64,000 bases of DNA from Eledone cirrhosa (Eukaryota): the NCBI GenBank assembly GCA_964016885.1, contig OZ024762.1, forward strand, positions 5,208,001 through 5,272,000. The letters are read 5' to 3'. The notes under the pieces are model-generated. The model saw nothing but the letters and a program-made list of their open reading frames with translations, did not search any database and was not told where the DNA came from. Positions 12,976-51,723 of the stretch are shown here, one piece after another (the first letter of the stretch is position 1; each line of letters begins with the position of its first letter). A program made the position numbers and the translations under genes.

Positions 12976-13124
12976 AAAACTCAATGCGAGGCGGGGACGC
13001 AGGCCAGCATAAAGCCGGGCTGCCCCCGCAACGATTCGATCTTCAGACACATAGAATGGTCATGCCATACCGAAGTACGACAGCGAAGCCCGAAACGTTA
13101 CGTGCAGCGCCATGCACAGAGCGC
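12976..13124 (-). ncRNA. Putative Pol III structured small RNA, copy 3 (diverged paralogue)
   Basis: TATA 13150-13155, A box, B box GATCGAATC (fits GWTCRANNC), T4 at 12976-12979, UUCG hairpin retained. Confidence 0.68.
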
Positions 13125-13186
13125 AACTCTACTGAGTAAATTAGTCATACTTATAGTTAGAATTTTATTTATTAAAAAAACATATA

Positions 13187-13375
13187 TATAGAAACGGAAT
13201 GAAGACGAGATAACTGAGGGCGTGGAGAAATATCTCTTTCTGAATATATTTCGTATGGTGAGAGTTGAGATCTCTACCGAATAATTATCAATATTATACT
13301 TCGTCTCCGAAATATTTTCAGAAAGAAATTACTTTTTCACGACCGTGTTACCTTACTTTCATCCCGTTTCTATAT
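13187..13375. mobile_element. Imperfect ~185-bp foldback/MITE-like element upstream of ncRNA copy 3
   Basis: Ends ATAGAAACGGAATGAAG...CTTTCATCCCGTTTCTAT with internal inverted TTTCTGAATATATTTCG/CGAAATATTTTCAGAAA; ends resemble the 4605-4670 palindrome. Confidence 0.65.
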
Positions 13376-13489
13376 GTAACAAGTTTAAACTACTAGTATT
13401 TAATACATATATATACAGAACAATAAGTATATTTACTTCAAGATAGTAATGTTTATGTTAATACAGAAAATAAAAAATGCAAACCATCG

Positions 13490-14490
13490 ATCTTAGTAAT
13501 TAGTATCAATCACTAATTATCTATTTTGGTAATAAGCATCTTAAGACCATGATTTCCTTCATCGATATGTGATTAGACCAAAATTTAGTATAATATATAA
13601 AGACTGTTCTCAGCTTATGACCAGTTTGCTTGGTGTTAAGTGTCTGAGAGTACAAGACTCCCTGGATAGTACGCTGGTCTACCACAGGACTAACTCCTCA
13701 GCTGTGAGTACTGGAGCAATGTGATGAATGCAGAACTTCCAAACTGTGAGAGTTACATGTATGCATGGACCTGCAACTCCTAAGGGAGTCATACAGGCCA
13801 CACATTGACATACAGTATTTCTAGAGCACATTGACATACAGTATTTCTAGAGCACATTGACATACAGTATTTCTAGGGCACTTTACGATCTGAGTTCAAA
13901 TCCCGCCGAGGTTGACTTTGCCTTTCATCCTTACGGGGTCGATAAAATAAAGTACCAGTAATGCACTGGGTAATTGCTGGCCTTGTGCCTAAAGTAGAAA
14001 CAAGTATTTCTAGGGCACTTTTTAAAACCTGGCAGACCCATCTCCTCTCCAGGTCTGAATACAGCAGATTTCTTCCAGAGAAACAGAAGAATCAACCTCA
14101 ATACTAGTCTGGTACTTTGTTTTATCAACCTCAAATGGTTGAAAGGCAAAGTTGACCTCAGCAGGATTTTAATTCAGAGAACTGAAGGCATTCTGTTACA
14201 TTCATATATACATACTTACTTTGTCTAATAAACAAAACATCTTCTCTCTACACACATAACATATAAAGCTACATTTATATATACCTCTTCTAAGAAATTA
14301 AACCTACTCTAGACTTACACATAGATACAGTTATATATAAATACTTACCTTGTCAAATAAACACAACTAAATCTTCTCTAGTCAGACACACAAAGCTACA
14401 TTTATATAAACATTCTTCTCTACAAAAGAGGATCAGCTGAAAAGCTCATAGGCTGGCTTTGAAGAAGTGATGCTAGAACTGCGAGATATT
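13490..14490 (-). repeat. Older inverted paralogy to ~3470-4135 (upstream flank of the ncRNA unit)
   Basis: e.g. 3770 gaagaaatccgctgtattcagacctgg vs ~14050 ccaggtctgaatacagcagatttcttc; 3481 ctagcatcactccttc vs 14461 gaagaagtgatgctag. Confidence 0.8.
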
Positions 14491-14984
14491 GTGGTTAGGT
14501 TCATTATCATAGGACTTGGTGGAGCAATCAAAATTCACTGCCAACTCATGTACAACTTTATGATGTTCTTGATTCATCGGTGAAAAAGAATGACTCTGAT
14601 AGTTCTGTTTCATGTGAGGAAGACAAAAGTAAACCTTCAGAGTGTGCATTGAGCAATATGGGATATTTCTAGAATGTAACTAATGCCAACTTGAATCATC
14701 CTTGGACATCATCATACATAGTATATATATATAGTGTGTTTAGTACAGTGTAGTTGTAGCTAACTAGGTATTTGGTTTTATGAAATGAAAGGGACAAAAA
14801 AACAAACTATATATATACACTGATACTTCAATGTGTTATAAGCCATCCAATACCACTGTTGGATACATAGAGTGCTTAATCCTGCTTACACCAAAGTTTA
14901 TGGATTAAGGTGGTGCAAACACAACACTTAAATAAAGGAAACAATATATGGCCATAGTACAGAAAATTCTTATAATATATATAT

Positions 14985-15400
14985 ACATCTCAGGCTGGAT
15001 TCTGTTGAGGGTCTTTGCCACAAGTGACATCAATGAGATTCCCCTGTAGTTGTTCATGTTAGAGAGATCTCCCTTCTTTGGTACTGAGATGATGTTAGTG
15101 ATCAAGGGCAACTTTCTCCAGTGCCTGGTTACAGAACTCCAGGATGATATCATCAAAATCACACCTCTTCATCACTTTGTATGCCTCTCCATGGGTCTTG
15201 ATCTTCTTGGTTCGCTGAAGCCCCTCTCTGGCGAAGGTCCTGTCTCAATATCCAGTTCCTCAAACAGCTGTCTGATCTCCCTGGTATTCTGGGCTGTGGA
15301 AGGTGGCTCTCCTAGTAGGGTCTTAAAATGGTCCAGCCTCTTCTTATCCCCAGATCTAACTCAAACTCCCTCTCTTCCTTCCTGTAATCTCGTTGATCAT
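14985..15400 (-). mobile_element. Degenerate RTE-like LINE fragment (pre-RT region)
   Basis: VPKKGDLSNMNNYRGISLMSLVAKTLNR. Confidence 0.75.
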
Positions 15401-15829
15401 CATCCAGCTCGCTTTACACTTACATATATATATATATATATACACTGACCTCCTACAAGGTTACATCTCAAAGGAGGTTTACACCAGTTCTTTTATCTCA
15501 AAACTTTTTCAGGAACTGTGGACAAGGAGTTTCTTATGGTTGTAGGTTTTTTGAAAGGGGAAAAATAACAGAAGGTGATTGTCGTGTGAAGGAGGAAGAT
15601 TGGTAGAGCAATGGACTCCACAGACACTGGTAAGGGTAACTTAGAACAGGATGGAAAGGTATCGATGGTGAGTGAAAAATCTAACCATTGTTTCAGCTAC
15701 AGCAGCAGAGGAATTAAGTTATGGTGGTTGTGAAGAAAACAGAGTTGGATGTCTTCAATGTAGTGACTATATAGACCAGAGGCTTTCAACATAACTGATG
15801 AGTGTTTCAGTGGAGACCAGCAACCTCTG

Positions 15830-16060
15830 AAGAGCAGGGACTATAGTATTAGAGATAGAATAGGCAGAGGGAACGGCATATTTAGGGGCTGGGGAGAAGC
15901 AGAGACCACTGTAGTAGACGTAGAGAGGGAACAGCATATTTAGGGTTGGGGAGGAGCAGAGACCATTGTAGTAGAGGTAGAGAGGGAACATCATATTTAT
16001 GGGCTGGGGAGGAGCAGAGACCATTGTAGTAGAGGTATAATGTGCAGAAGGAGGAGAGAC
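15830..16060. repeat. ~59-bp degenerate minisatellite, ~4 copies
   Basis: Repeating gcagagaccattgtagtagaggtagagagggaac. Confidence 0.75.
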
Positions 16061-18102
16061 AATAATTGTGGACCAGAGCCTGTTGAATTGTTGATAAAGC
16101 TGGAGTGTCATCCCTTATTGTAGCAACCTTGTCAACATGAATGTCCTTGGGGGATAAACCCCTTTTCTACAGGTACTTGATAATACCACGATGCCAAATG
16201 TTGTCCATTTTCAAGAGGTCATTACTAATTACATTTGAAGTCCTCTTTCAACAGTCAGATGTCAGTTTACTTGGAAAGAAACAATGCAGTTATTAATAAG
16301 AAGAGTTGAAATTAATTCATGCAAGATTTCCCAGCTCTAGCATCAGTCCTTCATAGTCAGCCAACCTTCGTACTTCTGCTGAGTCAAGCCCGGCGGGGGC
16401 TGACGTCTTAAACAAGCCCCAACAAATAAGAAAGATTTAAAAGAGAATATACTAATTACTAGATATTCACACAAAAGTGACATTAGAATTATTGCTGGAA
16501 ATAGCAGCCAAATATTTATCGCTCGCCACGTTTTAAAATAATGAAGGACACATTAGAAGATGTAGTTTTAGATAGTCATATATACACATATTGGTCAACG
16601 CTGGAATCTCATTGATTCTATATACATAAGTCGGTTCTCAGAGGACCTATTCAGGTTATGGGAACTGTTTTTCCCCCGTGTAAAAATTTGGCGTATATAT
16701 ATATAGATATATATACTTATATATGTCTGTATGCATTTTGTTGGGGTTTAATTGGTGAAAATTTCATAAGGGAGCTGTTGTTTACTTTCATTGACAAGTC
16801 AGACCTGAGCGATCAAGACATATATTTACATATACATAATCAAAAGTAAAAACATTGTTAATATCTTCCTACACAGATAAAATATAAAAGATTGTATTTA
16901 CATGTGTCACAGCTAATTCACCTCCGTAATTCTTAGGAAACCTGGCTTCTATTTCTAGCAAGTGGAGCGTAGACGTGGAGACATGTTGCTGTTGTTTACT
17001 TTTATTCACATGTCTTGAACGAGCAAGACAAGATGACCCGACATGTGTGTAATGGATGGTATACCTGCCGTGACCATCCTGTGTTTATATGATTATCAAG
17101 GTACGCACATCTACATCGTTGAATGCACCTTTCATTGTTTTAAAAGGGGTTGTAGAAGACAGAACATCTGAGGGTGAGAGGCCGGAGATCGTCAGTGAGT
17201 GGCTTTAAATTAATTAGCCATGATTCTATGAAATAAAGAAGCGAAATCACTTTGAAGAAAAATTAGGAGAACAATAGTAATTATTATGAGGCCGGTGTAG
17301 CGATTAAATATTGCCCTTTGTTTACATTAACCCCTCCCGACACCATGGTAATTAGATATTCAGATTACAGGGAGGTGTGGGATGCAATTAATTCTTTTAT
17401 TTATTTACTTATATCAAACAACAAACACGGTGCCAAGGAGTAAATTAAAAAACTCGCCTTTCTTTTAAAATAAAATTCAAGCCTAACCTCTCCCATGATG
17501 CAACAGTGCGGGTAAATAAGTTGACGCTTTCGCGACATCAGTTCCTAAAATTTCACCAGGACGAAATCTCAAGAACGATAACTCTGTCTTTACTTAATCG
17601 CAAAAATGGGTGCAAAAATTATTTCGAAACAACACTTGCTATGGACGAAAACGACAATATTAAAAGTATTTTGTGGATTTTTAATAGGTGAACACATCAT
17701 TATATATATATATATATATATATATACATTTATATAGATATAAATATACATGTATATATCCATATATATACATGTATATATTATATATACACATATACTC
17801 TTTTACCTGTTTCAGCCATCCGGCTGAGGCCATGCTGGGGCACCGCCCTTGTTGCTAAACAATTTATCTCCAGCCTGTATAGGTTGGCCACTGGTGTAAG
17901 AGGGAGTTTGTTGCTGCTGCCCTTAGGTTTCCCTCGTGTCTTGCTGTGGGCTCATCCGGGATCCTGGATAACAAGGTGTCGAGATGTTTCTTGAAGACAT
18001 CCACCTCCACGTCATGCAAATCTCATGTATATATATATATATACATGTATATATATATACATGTATATATATACATGTATATATATATACATGTATATAT
18101 AT

Positions 18103-19265
18103 AGCATCACTCCTTCATAGGCTGACCAAGATACTCTCATGGAATGATCAAATGAGGTTTATTTTTTAACATGCAAGATTTCACAGCCCTAGCATCACTC
18201 CTTCATAGGCTGACCAAGTTACTCTCATGGAATGATCAAATGAGGTTTATTTTTTAACATGCAAGATTTCACAGCTCTAGCATCACTCCTTCATAGGCTG
18301 ACCAAGATACTCTCATGGAATGACCAAATGAGGTATATTTTTCAACATGCAAGATTTCACAGCTCTAGCATCACTCCTTCATAGGCTGACCAAGATACTC
18401 TCATGGAATGACCAAATGAGGTTTATTTTTCAACATGCAAGATTTCACAGCCCTAGCATCACTCCTTCATAGGCTGAACAAGATACTCTCATGGAATGAC
18501 CAAATGAGGTTTATTTTTCAACATGCAAGATTTCACAGCTCTAGCATCACTCCTTCATAGGCTGACCAAGATACTCTCATGGAATGACCAAATGAGGTAT
18601 ATTTTTCAACATGCAAGATTTCACAGCTCTAGCATCACTCCTTCATAGGCTGACCAAGATACTCTCATGGAATGACCAAATGAGGTTTATTTTTCAACAT
18701 GCAAGATTTCACAGCCCTAGCATCACTCCTTCATAGGCTGAACAAGATACTCTCATGGAATGACCAAATGAGGTTTATTTTTCAACATGCAAGATTTCAC
18801 AGCTCTAGCATCACTCCTTCATAGGCTGACCAAGATACTCTCATGGAATGACCAAATGAGGTTTATTTTTCAACATGCAAGATTGCACAGCTCTAGCTTC
18901 ACTCCTTCATAGGCTGACCAAGATACTCTCATGGAATGACCAAATGAGGTATATTTTTCAACATGCAAGATTTCACAGCTCTAGCATCACTCCTTCATAG
19001 GCTGACCAAGATACTCTCATGGAATGACCAAATGAGGTTTATTTTTTAACATGCAAGATTTCACAGCCCTAGCATCACTCCTTCATAGGCTGACCAAGAT
19101 ACTCTCATGGAATGACCAAATGAGGTTTATTTTTCAACATGCAGGATTTCACAGCTCTAGCATCACTCCTTCATAGGCTGACCAAGATACTCTCATGGAA
19201 TGACCAAATGAGGTTTATTTTTCAACATGCCATATTGCACAGCCCTAACATCACTCTTTCATAGT
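18103..19265 (+). repeat. 88-bp satellite array, ~13 copies
   Basis: agcatcac recurs at 18103, 18191, 18279 and onward. Confidence 0.95.
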
Positions 19266-19336
19266 GAGCCTATGAACTTTTAAGCCTACCTTATATGCAA
19301 ACAGTGTAAGTATATACAAATAATTACTAAGAAATT

Positions 19337-19773
19337 CGAAATAATTTTTGCACCCATTTTTGCGATTAAGTAAAGACGGAGTTATCGTTCTTGAGATTTC
19401 GGCTCGGAGAAATTTGAGGAACTGATGTCGCTAAATCGCCAAATCATTTACCTGACCCCGTTGCATCATGGGAGGGTAATGGCTGCCTTTTATTTTTCGA
19501 AAACCATGGCAGTCTTTTTAATATCTTTCTCGCCAAAATGTTTTAATTATTTACTTATATGAAACAAGGAACAAGATGTTGCGAAAGAAACTAAAGAATC
19601 TGCCATCGTTTAAAAAATAAAAGGCAGCCATTACCCTCCCATGATGCAACGGGGCAGGTAAATGATTTGGCGATTTAGCGACATCAGTTCCTTAAATTTC
19701 TCCGAGCCGAAATCTCAAGAACGATAACTCCGTCTTTACTTAATCGCAAAAATGGGTGCAAAAATTATTTCGA
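19337..19773. mobile_element. Foldback/MITE-like element with ~160-bp inverted arms and ~115-bp spacer
   Basis: Arms cgaaataatttttgcacccatttttgcg...ggctgccttttattttt; second copy ~21953-22384, older half-copy ~17395-17630. Confidence 0.7.
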
Positions 19774-19844
19774 ATTTCTTAGTAATTATTTGTATATACT
19801 TACATTGTTTGCATATAAGGTAGGCTTAAAAGTTCATAGGCTCA

Positions 19845-21183
19845 CTATGAAGGAGTGATGCTAGAGCTGTGCAATGTTGCATGTTGAAAAATAAACCTCA
19901 TTTGGTCATTCCATGAGAGTATCTTGGTCACCCTATGTAGGAGTGATGCTAGAGCTGTGCAATCTTGCATGTTGAAAAATAAACCTCATTTGGTCATACC
20001 ATGAGAGTATCTTGGTCAGCCTATGAAGAATTGATGCTAGAGCTGTGCAATCTTGCATGTTGAAAAATAAACCTCATTTGGTCATTCCATGAGAGTATCT
20101 TGGTCAGCCTATGAAGGAGTGATGCTAGGGCTGTGAAATCTTGCATGTTGAAAAATAAACCTCATTTGGTCATTCCATGAGAGTATCTTGGTCAGCCTAT
20201 GAAGAATTGATGCTAAAGCTGTGCAATCTTGCATGTTGAAAAATAAACCTCATTTGGTCATTCCATGAGAGTATCTTGGTCAGCCTATGAAGGAGTGATG
20301 CTAGAGCTGTGCAATCTTGCATGTTGAAAAATAAACCTCAATTGGTCATTCCATGAGAGTATCTTGGTCAGCCTATGAAGGAGTGATGCTAGAGCTGTGC
20401 AATCTTGCATGTTGAAAAATAAACCTCATTTGGTCATTCCATGAGAGTATCTTGGTCAGCCTATGAAGGAGTGATGCTAGGGCTGTGAAATCTTGCATGT
20501 TGAAAAATAAACCTCATTTGGTCATTCCATGAGAGTATCTTGGTCAGCCTATGAAGAATTGATGCTAAAGCTGTGCAATCTTGCATGTTGAAAAATAAAC
20601 CTCATTTGGTCATTCCATGAGAGTATCTTGGTCAGCCTATGAAGGAGTGATGCTAGAGCTGTGAAATCTTGCATGTTGAAAAATAAACCTCATTTGGTCA
20701 TTCCATGAGAGTATCTTGGTCAGCCTATGAAGGAGTGATGCTAGGGCTGTGAAATCTTGCATGTTGAAAAATAAACCTCATTTGGTCATTCCATGAGAGT
20801 ATCTTGGTCAGCCTATGAAGGAGTGATGCTAGAGCTGTGCAATCTTGCATGTTGAAAAATAAACCTCATTTGGTCATTCCATGAGAGTATCTTGGTCAGC
20901 CTATGAAGGAGTGATGCTAGAGCTGTGCAATCTTGCATGTTGAAAAATAAACCTCATTTGGTCATTCCATGAGAGTATCTTGGTCAGCCTATGAAAGAGT
21001 GATGCTAGAGCTGTGCAATCTTGCATGTTGAAAAATAAACCTCATTTGGTCATTCCATGAGAGTATCTTGGTCAGCCTATGAAGGAGTGATGCTAGAGCT
21101 GTGCAATCTTGCATGTTGAAAAATAAACCTCATTTGGTCATTCCATGAGAGTATCTTGGTCAGCCTATGAAGGAGTGATGCTA
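19845..21183 (-). repeat. 88-bp satellite array, inverted, ~15 copies
   Basis: Reverse complement of the 18103-19265 units. Confidence 0.95.
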
Positions 21184-21843
21184 TATATATAGTTATATAT
21201 ACATGTATATATATATACATGTATATATATATACATGTATATATATATATATACATGAGATTTGCATGACATGGAGGTGGATGTCTTCAAGAAACATCTC
21301 GACACCTTGTTATCCAGGATCCCGGATGAGCCCACAGCAAGACACGAGGGAAACCTAAGGGCAGCAGCAACAAACTCCCTCTTACACCAGTGGCCAACGT
21401 ATACAGGCTGGAGATAAAATGTCTAGCAACAAGGGCGGTGCCCCAGCATGGCCTCAGTCGGATGGCTGAAACAGGTAAAAGAGTATATGAGTATATATAT
21501 ATATACATGTATATATATATATCTATATCTATATATATATATAAATGTATATATATGTATCTATATATATATATATAAATGTATATATATGTATCTATAT
21601 ATATGTATATATATATAAATGTATATATATGTATATATATATATGTATATATATATATCTATATGTATATATATATAAATGTATATATATATATATATAT
21701 AAATAAATGTATATATATATATATAAATGTATATATATATATATATATATATAAATGTATATATATATATATAAATGTATATATATATATATAAATGTAT
21801 ATATATATATATATATATAAATGTATATATATATAATATATAA

Positions 21844-21880
<37 letters not shown>

Positions 21881-22454
21881 GATGTGTTCACCTATTAAAA
21901 ATCCACAAAATACTTTTAATATTGTCGTTTTCGTCCATAGCAAGTGTCGTTTCGAAATAATTTTTGCACCCATTTTTGCGATTAAGTAAAGACAGAGTTA
22001 TCGTTCTTGAGATTTCGGCTCGGAGAAATTTAAGGAACTGATGTCGCTAAATCGCCAAATCATTTACTTGCCCCGTTGCATCATGGGAGGGTAATGGCTG
22101 CCTTTTATTTTTTAAACGATGGCAGATTCTTTAGTTTCTTTCGCAACATCTTGTTCCTTGTTTCATGTAAGTAAATAATTAAAATATTTTGGTGAGAAAG
22201 ATATTAAAAAGACTGCCATGGTTTTCGAAAAATAAAAGGCAGCCATTACCCTCCCATGAGGCAACGGGGCAGGTAAATGATTTGGCGATTTAGCGAATTC
22301 CTTAAATTTCCCCGAGCCGAAATCTCAAGAACGATAACTCCGTCTTTACTTAATCGCAAAAATGGGTGCAAAAATTATTTCGAGTTTCTTAGTAATTATT
22401 TGCATATACTTACATTGTTTGCATATAAGGTAGGCTTAAAAATTCATAGGCTCA

Positions 22455-22825
22455 CTATGAAAGAGTGATGCTAGGGCTGTGCAATCTTGCATGTGGAAAA
22501 ATAAACCTAATTTGGTCATTCCATGAGAGTATCTTGGTCAGCCTATGAAGGAGTGATGCTAGGGCTGTGCAATGTTGCATGTTGAAAAGTAAACCTCATT
22601 TGGTCATTCCATGAGAGTATCTTGGTCAGCCTATGAAGAATTGATGCTAGGGCTGTGTAATCTTGCATGTTGAAAAATAAACCTCATTTGGTCATTCCAT
22701 AAGAGTATCTTGGTCAGCCTATGAAGGAGTGATGCTAGAGCTGTGAAATCTTGCATGTTGAAAAATAAACCTCATTTGGTCATTCCATAAGAGTATCTTG
22801 GTCAGCCTATGAAGGAGTGATGCTA
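22455..22825 (-). repeat. 88-bp satellite array, third block, ~4 copies
   Basis: Same unit, following the second foldback element. Confidence 0.9.
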
Positions 22826-23214
22826 TATATATATATATATAGTTATATATATGTACATATATATATATATACATGTATATATATATACATATATATGATA
22901 ATGTATATAATAATTGTTTCTACTTTTGGCACAAGGCCAGCAATTATCCAGTGCATTACTGGTACTTTATTTTATCGACCCCATAAGGATGAAAGGCATA
23001 TAGAATAATGTATGTCTGTGATTGTATATACGGCAAATAAAACATTACATACTTCTCACCATTAGTATAATATCCAGACTGATTCTATCAAATTACACGA
23101 GTAAATCCAAACGATGTTAACAGTTTAATTCAATAAAGAAAAATGACAACAAACGAGAAAAGTTCCAATCAGGGACAAGTAATTCAAACGATAACTCTCG
23201 GCGAATTTTTTAGT

Positions 23215-23362
23215 ACAACTCAATGCGAGGTGGGGACGCAGGCCAGCATAAAGCCGGGCTGCCCCCGCAACGATTCGATCTTCAGACACATAGAATGGTC
23301 ATGCCATACCGAAGTACGACAGCGAAGCCCGAAACGTTACGTGCAGCGCCACTCTACTGAGT
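23215..23362 (-). pseudogene. Pseudogenised copy 4 of the small RNA gene (within duplicate 22908-23362 of 12670-13137)
   Basis: 14-nt deletion removes the 5' end, terminator TTTT->TTGT, TATA region replaced by an RTE fragment. Confidence 0.7.
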
Positions 23363-24010
23363 CCTTACCTGTTAGTTTGCTTGCTATCCAACTACATCTC
23401 TTGTCTACCCAAGATCTGCATTGTGTTCATTTCATAGAATTTATGCCAGTTCCTTTTCTGCATATCGAACATGGCCATTTCCCTGATGGGATCAGAGTTT
23501 TGTCCTCTTTTCTCCTCATCAGTTGTCTTAGGTAGGTTCACTCTGTCCTCTTGATTCCAACTGCTGTTTCCATAGCTAGAATTTATTCTCTAGCTCCTCT
23601 ACTGATTCTGTTATAAGAACCAGATCGTCAGCATAGAGAAGTTCCCATGGACAACCAGTCTTAAACTCCTCTGTTATGGCTTGGAGGACTATAATGAACA
23701 AGAGTGGGCTGAGGATCAAACCCTGATGTACTCCTACTTGTATCTGGAATTCCACACTAAACTCCATTCCTACCTTCACTTTACTGACAGCACCGCTGTA
23801 CAAAGTTTGCACTGTCCTCACAAGCCATTCCTCAACACCAAGCTTCCTTAAGGACCACCAGATGACAGATCGGGGTACCCTATCAAAGGCCTTCTCTAGG
23901 TCAACAAAAGCTAAGTATAGTAGCTTATTCTTCTCTAAGAACCTCTCTTGTAATTGTCTCACTAAGAAGAGGGCATCCGTTGTACTTTTCCCAGGCACAA
24001 AACCAAACTG
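23363..24010 (-). mobile_element. RTE-clade LINE RT fragment
   Basis: QFGFVPGKSTTDA, AFVDLEKAFDRVP, GVHQG, ELLYADD; disrupted downstream WPCSIC region. Confidence 0.9.
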
Positions 24011-24781
24011 TGTCACAGAAACCTCCCACTGGATTATACCATCAATTTCCAGGAGGTTCAGGTAAATTCTTTTGTTAACCTGTTTAGCTTGCTTTTTTTT
24101 TTTGGGGCTCCGGTGGCTTCATAACCGCTGTTTTCAGTTTGTCTGGCCTCTATAATGTATGTTAATTGCTCTGGACTTCTTTTAGTCCATGTAGCGCTTG
24201 CCGCATATCTCGAAAATTGCATTCCGCTTTGTTTTTTACCACAGCCGAAATACGATCTCGCTGAAATTATATTTGTATATATACATATATGCACACATAT
24301 ATAAACATGGCAAAAAGACTACAAAGACAAAAACAAGAAATCAAATTGTGGAAAAGGACAAAAAAGTATTTTTATATCGTTTAAAATATCAAATTGTTTA
24401 GGCTTTATTGCATATTTTTGGTTTATTCGATTGTTGAATTTTTATTTTTATTTCGGAGAATTTATGTATAACAAGAAACATAAATAATACATTGGGAGGT
24501 GTAGGGTGGGGGAGCACAGTATCGTCATAGTGACAATGATGTCACAGTATGGTCACCATCTGGTTGGTGTCGTCATGGCGACAATATGATCACAATGGCC
24601 AGTCACCTCAACCGGTTAATGTGTAGTCAGTGTTGTCATGGTGACAGTATGGTCAATCTGTTGCCATGGGGACAGCATGGGCAATGTGTTGCCACGGGGA
24701 CAGCATGGTCAATGTGTTGTATCTCATGATAAAGCAATAGTTTCAAATCATAGAATGAAATTCCAGATGTCAGTGTCTGTG

Positions 24782-24812
<31 letters not shown>

Positions 24813-25117
24813 ACACACACACACACACACACATGTATATATAAGTCAGTATAGGCGTAAAATCTCTGATAATGGAATTTGCCTTCCAAAAGACTAAACC
24901 CCATGAAACTTAAGTATTTTTGAAGCTGAATACCTAACTACCATGTGTTAAAGTATATACTTAGGTGTGTATTTGTGCGTGTATATATATATATATAATC
25001 ATCATCACATATATATGTCTGTGTGTGTATGTATACCATCATGTCCACTTTCCATGTTGTCATGGGTTGGATGTGTTGTCAGAGCCTGAGCTAGCTCAGA
25101 GAGAACTTTTTGCTTAA

Positions 25118-25318
25118 CCCTTTAGCATTTACATTACTCTATACTTACTATTATATTCTCATGGTACAGGCTTCACTTTACATAGTTATCACACATAATA
25201 TCGAATCTATGAGATTTTGATATTTATAAACATAAACATGAGCAGCCGGTATGGCCAGTTTAAATAGGAAGAGGTGAGAGAATTCTGGCCGGATATGGCC
25301 GGTTTAAATGCTAGAGGG
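25118..25318. mobile_element. piggyBac-like MITE with TTAA target-site duplication (probably in CSE1L 3' UTR)
   Basis: TTAA-CCCTTTAGCATTTA...TAAATGCTAGAGGG-TTAA; relatives at ~27865-28020 and ~36020-36375. Confidence 0.75.
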
Positions 25319-25389
25319 TTAAACTTTCTATCTTGTTTTGGAACATAACTTGTCTAATACATGCCAGGGTGGTAAGTGGACATAAAATG

Positions 25390-25434
<45 letters not shown>

Positions 25435-25553
25435 GTGTGTATGTGTATGTATATATATATATATATGCATCTTTGTATGGAGAGAGAGAGTGTGTGTGTC
25501 TATGTACCACTGCACAAAGAACCACAGCATATACAGACACACAAACAGACAAT

Positions 25554-51723
<26,170 letters not shown>

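Larger units (their letters stand above)
17490..22090. repeat. ~4.6-kb palindrome centred on spacer 19498-19613
   Basis: 17533-17700 mirrors 21880-22047; 17795-18030 mirrors 21253-21487; satellite arrays in opposite orientation. Confidence 0.92.

Noticed and set aside
18103-21183. CRISPR-like regular array
   Set aside because: Units are contiguous near-identical 88-mers with no unique spacers, no cas genes, and the context is eukaryotic
24058-24401. Possible small gene or promoter in a mildly CpG-rich patch
   Set aside because: ORFs show no recognisable motifs and there is no consistent splice or promoter pattern
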